From NCBI GenBank assembly GCA_002269645.1, contig NIVC01002654.1, forward strand, positions 88,711 to 152,710: a stretch of DNA of 64,000 bases, read 5' to 3'. The position numbers were made by a program, and so were the translations under genes. Source of the DNA: Macrostomum lignano. Lineage: Eukaryota. The notes under the pieces are model-generated. The model was not told the DNA's origin. It did no database searches and was given only the letters and a program-made list of their open reading frames with translations. Below, one piece after another: positions 1 to 10,500 of this stretch (within the stretch, counting starts at the first letter, position 1; each line of letters opens with the position of its first letter).

Positions 1-230
1 AACGTAGACATCTTTCTGGCCCATGCCGACCATGACGCCCTGGTGACGAGGCCGGCCAACCACGGTAGGGACGCTGGCCAAGAGGTTGGACCGGTTCGAC
101 ATCACGGCAGCTTTGGTTAGAAGCGAGCCGGAGTCCAACACCAGAGCCGGTTCGTCATTCCAGGAGTCTTCGTCCCGGTCATTGTCATCGTCAGATGATT
201 CAGCAGAAGCTGCTGCCAGGAGAGGCATAT
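1..230 (-). CDS. Actin-domain exon (N-terminal part of an actin fold), truncated by the window edge
   Basis: Translation 228->1: [76 protein letters not shown]. It matches actin ALVVDNGSGMCKA...[20 protein letters not shown]. Acceptor CAG at 233-231. Confidence 0.93.
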
Positions 231-3200
231 CTGCAGATCATATTGTAAGCTCTTACCGGTTATATTTGACATTTGACTCGCTTGACCGGGGAAGGAGACA
301 GCAGACACAACAGAATTGGAGACAGCAGACACAACAGGATTGGAGACGGCAGACACAAGATGATTGGAGACAGCAGACACAATAGGATTGGAGACAGCAG
401 ACACAACAGGATTGAAGACGGCAGACACAATAGGATTGGAGACAGCAGACACAACAGGATTGGAGACAGCAGACACAATAGGATTGGAGACAGCAGACAC
501 AACAACATTAGAGACAGCAGACACAACAACATTAGAGACAGCAGACACAACAAGATTGGAGACAGCAGACACAACAACATTGGAGACAGCAGACACAACA
601 AGATTGGAGACAGCAGACACAACAGGATTGGAGACAGCAGACACAACAGGATTGGAGACAGCAGATACAACAAGATTGGAGACAGCAGACACAACAACAT
701 TGGAGACAGCAGACACAACGGGATTGGACACAGCAGACACAACAACATTGGAGACAGCAGACACAACAACATTGGAGACAGCAGACACAACAGGATTGGA
801 GACAGCAGACAACAGGATTGGAGACAGCAGACACAACAAGATTGGAGACAGCAGACACAACAGGATTGGAGACAGCAGACACAACAGCTTTGGAGACAGC
901 AGACACAATAGGATTGGAGACAGCAGACACAACGGGATTGGAGACAGCAGACACAACAACATTGGAGACAGCAGACACAACAGGATTGGAGACAGCAGAC
1001 ACAACAGGATTGGAGACAGCAGACACAACAAGATTGGAGACAGCAGACACAACAAGATTGGAGACAGCAGACACAACAAGATTGGAGACAGCAGACACAA
1101 CAGGATTGGAGACAGCAGACAACAGATTGGAGACAGCAGACACAACAGGATTGGAGACAGCAGACACAACAGCATTGGAGACGGCAGACACAATAGGAAC
1201 AGGTAGCAGATTTAAGCTCAAAGGTTTCCTTCAAATTTTTCTCACGTTTTATTTTTCGCCGTTTCATTTTTTTAGCAGCCTCGGTTGGTTTGACAGCTTT
1301 TTCGGCCTCTGGTGAAGGGCCACGTCCGCCGCGTAGACGCATCACCAGGTGAACGGTGCAGCCCGGCGTCAGCCCTGCACTGGCAACAGTCCAGTCTGAT
1401 TCCAGCTGCTTTCCGTCAGCAACTAAACGAATCTGATCCACTGGGATGCGCTGCCGTTCGCTTATTGCCTCCTTGAGCTCAAGAATATTTTGATTGGGCG
1501 TAAGGCTAACTGTGAACTCTTCGCTAGTGAGCGTTCTCACTTTGACGGTGAATTTAGATGGAAGAGCTGCGGAATGAACAGGCTATTTCTGTACAATTTT
1601 TTGTCTAAATAAAAAATCTAACAAGCAATAACATCGAAAAAAAAATCTCAGACTCACATTTAGCATCAGCTTGCCGCATTTGTGCGGCTTTCCGATTCTG
1701 TTTAACAGACAGCACCACCGGGTGCTTGTCGTGAACGCCGGCCAAAAGCAGCGAAGCTTCCAGATCGTCAAACAGCCGAAGAGCTTCTTCGCTCTTTCCG
1801 GTGTTTGACAACTCCTGACCATCAATGATACCGTCGGCAATTTGCGCGAGAATTTCCGCCTAAAAAATTTAGACGAGTCATTATGAGAGTAACTATCCAT
1901 ATTGAGTTCTTTTTAATTCTGCGTCATTATAAAGTTTACTTTACGAGAAGGAAAAATGCCTCGTCAACTCCTTCCTTATAAAGAGGTAAAAAATTGGGAC
2001 AAATGCCTCGTCATCTAACAAACTCACAAGCCCGTCGCCAGCCTCCTTGATCGGTTCCCAGCCCTGTGTGGCTAAGATATCAACCTTCTCGTCGTCTAGC
2101 AAAGTTTGCAATCGGCCAGTCATGTCCGATTCAAATTTTTCGTCCTGTCAGAAATAGATAGCATTTACAATTAGTATATAACAATACCGGTCAGACAAAC
2201 CTTAGAGATTTAGTATATTGTGAAAGTGTGCTACTATATCATAAGGATAACGATTTCATCTACCTTTTCACGATCCTCAACCGCTACGAAGCTGGTAAAT
2301 TGGCAAGCCACTGAGTAGCGAATCGATAATTGAACCAGGTTGGCCTTCTGCTCCAGTCGCTTCAGCTGTAAATTTGATTGGGTTTGCTAATTTGTCACCT
2401 TTGAAATCTCAAATGAGTATACCTATTTTTATAGCTCTCTACCAATACGTTTATTGTGAACCTAATACGAGAATAACTTCAGTGGTGAACGCATCTGACT
2501 TTCGCACCAAAGACCCCAGGTTCGATTATGTGCGCGACCGCACATCACGCCAACAACACAAGAGCCAACCACGGGGGTCAGAACTGCTTGGCTCTTTAAA
2601 TGACTGCATGTCGCCATGAGTTGCGACAGTTTCTCAAGTCAGAACTTCATTTATATTAAATCATCTTTTCTTAGAAACTCTCCGATTTAACTCTACCGAC
2701 TTTTCCGACTTTTTAGTTACCTGATGCAGAGCCGGATCGGTATCCAAGCTGCCAGCCTCCCAGTCGGCAATGAGGCTCCTAGCAGCCAGGGCGTGCACCA
2801 TGGAGCCGGTGGTAAAGCATAGCTCGCTAGTGAACACCGTGCAGCTGACTCGACAGTCGCCAGCTTTGGCATGCAGTGTCGCTCGTTGACATCCGCGACC
2901 TTCGCGCGGCATCAAGCCATAGACAATCAAGCGCTGACCGTTGAACAGAGCCGACGGACAAGCAGGCGCTTGGCGCACTACAGACAACTCCTGACTGTCA
3001 CTGTTGTCATCATCGTCGTCAAGATGCCACTCAACGCTGAGCTCGGTAAGCGCCGGCGCGGTGAGCCGAGCAATCAGCTCGTCGGCCAATGCAGACCATT
3101 TTGAACGTCTGGCCGGGTCGAAAAATTCCACGGAACCGCCGGAACCGGCAGCTCCGGCCAGCGATCGGAGCCGGTGCCGGTCTGGCGAGGGTCCAACCGA

Positions 3201-6200
3201 GCAGGCCAGCAAACGCAGGTGCTTGTTAGCACCTGAAGCGGCGACAGCCAGTGTAGCCTCTTTCGCTTCGTAGTGTCCGTCAGAAATCAGCAGCACCGCG
3301 TGCGGTCCGAATTCGCGCAGTTGAGCCAGGTAAGCCAGGTAATTAGAAAGATTTGTGCCACCCATATTGGGTTTTGAGGCTCGGATGAATTCTAGACAGC
3401 GATTCTGGACGCTTTTCCTGGAAAATTTATAACTCGTGAAGTCAGCAAATGGAATTTTTGCAGTTTAAAAGACACCAAGAACGAAAATTTAAATGCACCT
3501 TTTTAATAGATGCAGTGAACACTATATTAACGAAAAATGGTCCTTTTAGAAAAAATGCTATATGCTATTTAAAAATGGTACGCTTGAATGTTAAACTCGG
3601 AGTTTACAACATTTGACCGCCGACCCAATAGCCCAGACCCTAATCTGAATTGTCGGCAGTCAGGATTGTCTTTTTACCACATATTTAAAGAAATCTAGTT
3701 ACTTTATAGCGCAAATTTAAAATGAATTTTATCAGATATCAAGAGTCTTTACTGTTTACTCTTTATGTACTCTTTAACGTATTGTACTTCCTGCTTTCAA
3801 AGCAAACAGAGATCGGTCTTAATGATTGTGGGAAGTATAGTTTCAAATGTCGGTTTTTCGTTTACAAAATACAAGGTCAAAACACAATATTTTTAGATTT
3901 ATCAAAGAAAGTTGCTTCCAAGACAGAAACTATAGTGTAAAAAAGGAGTGAAAGAGGGGGGGGGCGTAGCCCAGTGGTCTAACGCAGCGGTCTGATGTGT
4001 CAGCGGCCCATGCTCGAGTTCAAGTGCAGTCACATTTATTTTAGGGCTCAATTGAAATCTCGGCTTGGCTCTGCTCGTGCAATTAACGCCCTTGAGGCCC
4101 AACCCCCGAAGCACAGTGAACTTACATGCCTAACGATAAATAAAGATAATTCTCACCTGCCGACCGGCTGTGGCAGCGCAAAGCAATCCTCGAACTGCGA
4201 TCCGAACCGAGCCACGTTGACTCGAGTCCGCGCCGGCAGATGCCGCAACAGCAGCGCCGCCAGCCGCCTGGCGTCCACGCTTGGCTCGCCAGCCATTGAG
4301 CGGCTGCAATCTAACGCCAGGGTGACAACTCCGGAGCAATCCGAGGACGCTGACGATTCGAACTCTGGGTAGAAGCACACCATCAGAGCGTCGGGACCGC
4401 TGGATTGCAGCGAGTCGTCGGGCCGTTCGACCCACAGTCGGGGCGCGTTTATCTCGGCTAGGGACACCTCGAGGCGGAAGCCAAGCTCGCCGAGAGTCTG
4501 CTGTTGGCCCGGTGCCAGGCGAACAACCGAACAGGTCTCCGTGCGCTTCACCTGTTTGCAGCATTCAGAAACTCACAGTTCTAGTTGCGCTAGAGCTCAG
4601 TTATTTAAACTTATACTAGTAGCATTCATATTGATTTTTAGTTACTTTTTCCAACACCTCTACCAACTAACGACAACAAAAATGAATCTCCCTGTCCCCC
4701 ACTCTCTCCCTATCCCTCCCCCACTCTCTCCCTATCCTTCCCCCACTCTCTCCCTATCCTTCCCCCACTCTCTCCCTATCCCCCCCCACTCTCTCCCTAT
4801 CCCTCCCCCACTCTCTCCCTATCCCTCCCCACTCTCTCCCTATCCTTCCCCCACTCTCTCCCTATCCCTCCCCCACTCTCTCCCTATCCTTCCCCCACTC
4901 TCTCCCTATCCCTCCCCACTCTCTCCCTATCCTTCCTCCACTCTCTCACCATCCCTCCCCACTCTCTCCCTATCCTTCCCCACTCTCTCCCTATCCCTCT
5001 CCCACTCTCTCCCTATCCCTCTCCCACTCTCTCCCTATCCCTCTCCCACTCTCTCCCTATCCCTCCCCACTCTCTCCCTATCCCTCTCTCTCCCTATCCC
5101 TCTCCCACTCTCATCCCTCTCCCACTCTCTCCCTATCCCTCCCCACTCTCATCCCCTCTCTCTCCCTATCCTTATCTACTCTCATCCCTCTCCTCCCTAT
5201 TTTCAGCACTCTCACCCCTCTCTTCTCCTATCCCTCCCCCACAATCATCCCTTTCTCCCTGTCCATCACCCTCTCACCCCTCTAACTCCGCATCCATCAC
5301 CCTCTCACCCGCCCTGTGCTTCTCGCTCTTTTTTGCTAACAACTTTTTGCGCAGATTTGTAAAAAGCACCTGAAAAGTTTAAAATTTAAACCTGAATCTC
5401 ATGCGTTGGTGATATTAATCCCCTGATAGGATATGGCATCCTCAGACCGGCCTCCAGACTGAAAGCTCCAACTGGTCGTCTCACGGCGGCCGTGTCTGTC
5501 ACCTGCTGCAGGCTGTCATCAGCCGCTGAGGCCGTCTGCCAGGGCGCCGCGCTGCCGGGCAAGCCGAAGATCACCGCCTCGCCGCTTGGCTTCAACTCGC
5601 AGACGTAGCGAATTTTAATCAAAGCCGCCGTCCTTGCCGGCAGGTTGCCAATGGAAACGGTGAACACGTCGGGACTTTCGGCGGCCTGCTCCATCAGGTA
5701 GGCGCCTTTGCCGGCTGACACGGCTTCGCGATACTCGCGCCTGGCTTTCTCCTTCTCCTTGACAACTCCGACTACTCGTTTGGCGCCGATGTAGGCTTCG
5801 AAACCGCACACCGCGGCGCCTTCGCTCAGGGGAAACACGTAGCGAGCCTCCACAGGTGAGCTGCCAGTGTTGAAGAACTCTTGGAGCAGGACCACCTGGG
5901 CGGTTGCAGAGAGAGGGAGGGGTGCAGGGGTCCGCAAACTCCGGCCCGCAAAGCCTCTCTATCCGGCCCTCGGTTCTTTGAAACTTCACAATAGCAATCC
6001 AACCCGATCAAGGTTTGAGTCTCTTCTCAGGTCTCTCTCTCCCCCCTCTTCTACCTTTTCTCTTCTCTCCGCTCCGCTTCTCTCTACTCATCTCCCTTCT
6101 CTTCTCGTTCGTCTTCCCTCTCCTTGTTCCCTTCAATTCTATCATATCATCTGACCTGCAGTAATGATCAAAACTCTTCATCTGGCGATTAGAAACTGAG

Positions 6201-7125
6201 GGCCGATGTACACCTGTGTGAGCCTGCGTACAGTATCCGCAGGAGTCAGGGGCGATGGCTGCAGGCCAGTGTCACCGATTGCGTTGGATAATTGTTTATT
6301 ATTCCTCAATGTTGCCACAACCTTTTCTACACTTATTATCCAACTGTCAAAACTGTGGCTAAAATATTTTTTATTCTTACCTGAGCCACCAAGTCCACCA
6401 GGTTGGCGCGCACGTGCACCGAACGCAACGGCATTGGAGGTCCGCCCGAGTCGCTTAGCAACCCAAACTTTTGATCCGCAATTCGAATATTCAACTCCAG
6501 ATCGGTCAAATCCTCCACCTCGTCGTCTGATTCTTCATCATCAGGGATGCTGCACTGTTCCATCGTTGCCAGATTATCCATAGGCCGATCGCCGTCCAAA
6601 TAGAACTCCACAATGTACTCGAGCTTCTGCTGGGCCGAATCAAACACTGCGAACTCGCGATCGCTGAAGCCATTGTCATCATCAGCGTTGTTGGCTCCCG
6701 TCGAGATTGGAATCGACTCGACGCTCTGACAGTCAGCGGAGGTTGGTGAGCAGGCGGCGGCAGGCAGCGGCTGAGACACCCGCTGCACCCGGCCCAGGGC
6801 GACCGAGCACACCAGAGCCACGCGGCAGCCCAGGCCGGAGCCGTCGGCGCGGGGAGGCTCCGAATATTTGGCGGCCACCTCGATGTTGTCGGCGAAGTAG
6901 ATCCCGCGGCCGAGCTTGCCTGCGTGTCGGCGGTGCAGCAGCTGCTGGCCGGCTGGCAGGCGAGGCGGCAGGAGGCCTCTGCGAGGGGTTATCATTCAGG
7001 ATTTTAGGGACTCAAGACGGAGTTTGGTAGAGAGCTAAAAGCGCTGTACAAGAGCGCTAAGATAGACAGACAGACACACAGACACACAGACAGACACACA
7101 CAGACAAACAGACAGACAGACACAC

Positions 7126-7214
<89 letters not shown>

Positions 7215-7235
7215 TAGACAGACAGACAGACAGAC

Positions 7236-7332
<97 letters not shown>

Positions 7333-7343
7333 CTAAGACACTA

Positions 7344-7384
<41 letters not shown>

Positions 7385-7395
7385 CTAAGACACTA

Positions 7396-7436
<41 letters not shown>

Positions 7437-7511
7437 CTCTGACAGACAGACAGACACACAGACAGACAGACACACACACAGACAGACAGACAGACAGGCA
7501 GACAGACAGGC

Positions 7512-7579
<68 letters not shown>

Positions 7580-10500
7580 TGACTGACAGACAGAATCCCA
7601 ACACTGTTGTGAATGCAGGGGAGCGCTTCAAACTATCTATTACTACAAGCAGTACCGCCAGGCGCCATCTCACCTAGACAAAATGCCCACCAGATTCCTG
7701 CCAGACGAGCCATGAAACAGCAGCCGCACGTTTCCCAAATCTCGTCGAAAAACGGCGGCCTCTTCGCGTCGACCGACGGAGAAAATCCGGCGAACATTGG
7801 CGCCGGAGCCGATGCTGGATTCGTCGATTAATCGACGAACGACGGCCTCCTCGTCTGGGTCGGCCCGCTGGACAAATGCTTTGAGTGCGCGGCGCTTCAC
7901 CGAGGCTGGGGGTGACGGGCGCCAATTCGAGGCCTCCGTCACAGATAGAAGGTCGCGCATCAGCTGGGAGAAAGTCGATTGATTGATCGGGGATTCACTC
8001 ATTAGTTGATTGGTTGAATGACTGACTGTCTGACTGATTGAATGTTGATTGATTGATTGATTGATTGATTGACTGATTGAATGTTGATTGATTGATTGAT
8101 TGATTGACTGATTGAATGTTGATTGATTGATTGATGGATTGACTGATTGAATGTTGATTGATTGATTGATTGATTGACTGATTGAATGTTGATTGATTGA
8201 TTGATGGATTGACTGATTGAATGTTGATTGATTGATTGATGGATTGACTGATTGAATGTTGATTGATTGATTGATTGACTAACTTATTGAATGTTGATTG
8301 ACTGATTGACTGTTTGAATGTTGATTGATTGATGGATTGATTGACTTATTGTTGATTGTTTGACTGATTACTTGATTGACTGATTGATATTAACGGTTTG
8401 ATTGATTGATTGATTGATTGGTTTATTTCTTGATTAACAGGTGCCAGTATTATTATGTAGCCATTAGCGAATATACATGTAGAAGGGATATGTATTGGTT
8501 TAAAAGTGATAAAAACCAAAGGCTAGAAGACTGGTTTTTACCATTTTTATTGTTTTTTTCTTTACTTTGCATTAGACACTTGAATACTACAATTCTAACT
8601 CTTTATAGATGCCATAAAATCATAAAAGCTCGATGCTTCATACTAAATAATAAGTAAGTAGCTTATTATATTCTTTTCTTACAGCAGGGCACCTAAATGC
8701 ACAAATCAGAGTGATTAGTGTACATAGTTTAGGTGCACAGAGTATCCTTTTAATAAAAATACAAATCAATTAAACTGATATACAATTATTCTTAGGCGAT
8801 CATACTGCACTACTGTCAGTAAGCGAATATGGAAATAGATAATAAAATCGCCTACCAAGCAGACATCTGCGGCCAATCCGAATTTATAAGCCGAGTCCAG
8901 GCACCCGCCGCCACCGCTGCCGCATTTCAAAGCCGATTGAAACTGCTGGCAGAGCGAGTGCGAGTGATAATCCGGCTTGCCTGCGCTCTGCTGCTGGTAC
9001 TGCATCAGGACGCCTTCGGCTAGGTCCACCTGTCGGGTGTGTTGCAGTTTTATTCGCCACATATAACTTTTTTATACTTATAAGCCACTCTCTTCAGCAC
9101 TCGACTAAAGCGTGCAACCCTCTCCAAGTATTTAACTAAAGCGTGCAACCCTCTCCAAGTATTTAACTAAAGCGTGCAACCCTCTCCAACACTTAATTAA
9201 AGCGTGCAACCCTCTGCAGTACTTGGTCTAATGCACGCAAGCGTACTAAGCCCACACAAATAATGTACAGATTTATTTAAAAAGTACACAAAAAACTTTG
9301 CTTACATCGTCAATGGTGCAGCTCCGGCTCTGCATCAGGTGGCCCAGCCAACCCTTGCCACCCGCGCCTATGCTTTGAGAGGCTTGGCCCAGGAATTCCA
9401 GAGCCTCCTGCCAGCAGGCCTCAACGAACTGGTCTTCGCCGGAGTTCAACAGGCTGGGAGCAACTTGAGTCAGCGCCTGCGAGTGTTGGCCGGTATGGGA
9501 TCGGGTATTGTGAGGAGTTTTTGCCTCACTGATGTCTCACTGCTCTCTCCACACACTGGCATCTGTCCGCATTTCACACACTACATGCTGCAGTCTTCCC
9601 ACATGCTGCAGTCTCCCCACCCGTTGCAGTCTTCCCACCCGTTGCAGTCTTCCCACACGCTGAGGTCTCCCCACACGCTGAGGTCTCCCTACACGCTGCA
9701 GTCTCCCCACCGGTTGCAGTCTTCCCACACGCTGCAGTCTTCCCACACGCTGCAGTCTCCCCACCCGTTGCAGTCTTCCCACACGCTGAGGTCTCCCCAC
9801 ACACTGAGATCTCCCAACACACTGCAGTCTCCCCACACACTGAGGTCTCCCCACACGCTGACGTCTCCCCACACGCTGCAGTCTCCCCACCCGTTGCAGT
9901 CTTCCCACCCGCTGCAGTCTTCCCACACGCTGCAGTCTCCCCACACGCTGAGGTCTCCCCACACACTGAGATCTCCAAACACACTGAGATCTCCCAACAC
10001 ACTGAGATCTCCCAACACACTGCAGTCTCCCCACACGCTGAGGTCTCCCCACCTGTTGCAGTCTCCCCACACGCTGGAGTCTGTCTACATGCTGCAGTCT
10101 TCATACAGAAGTCCCACCGCACCACATCGTGGGTTCCCACGCCCAAGCCCCATCCCATACGCTAACTAACCTCTCTAAGCTGGTTCGAGCAGGATCGGAA
10201 CAGCGAAACTGGCAGGTCTCGGACGCGACTCAGCGGACACCATTTAGTCGAAGCAGGAGCTGAAGTCGTCGGCCCCAGACTGCCGCCGCTACCGTACGAA
10301 TCGGACAGATGAGCCAGCACATTCAGCGCGTTGGGAGCGTCCGGTATCACCCGCATGGACACGGGAACAAAGACCTGCGAGATATGATAATAATCAAAAT
10401 AGTAACTATAATAGTAATTAATTAGGATGCAGTACAGCAAAAGTACAAATGTACTTCAAGCTTAATGTTCGAACTAAAATACACGTGCGCCCTAAATTAT

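Noticed and set aside
117-1221. Long ORFs in several frames ([24 protein letters not shown])
   Set aside because: Translations of a stop-free 24-bp intronic minisatellite. The real Ubl exon most likely splices out at 1245 rather than reading through to 260.
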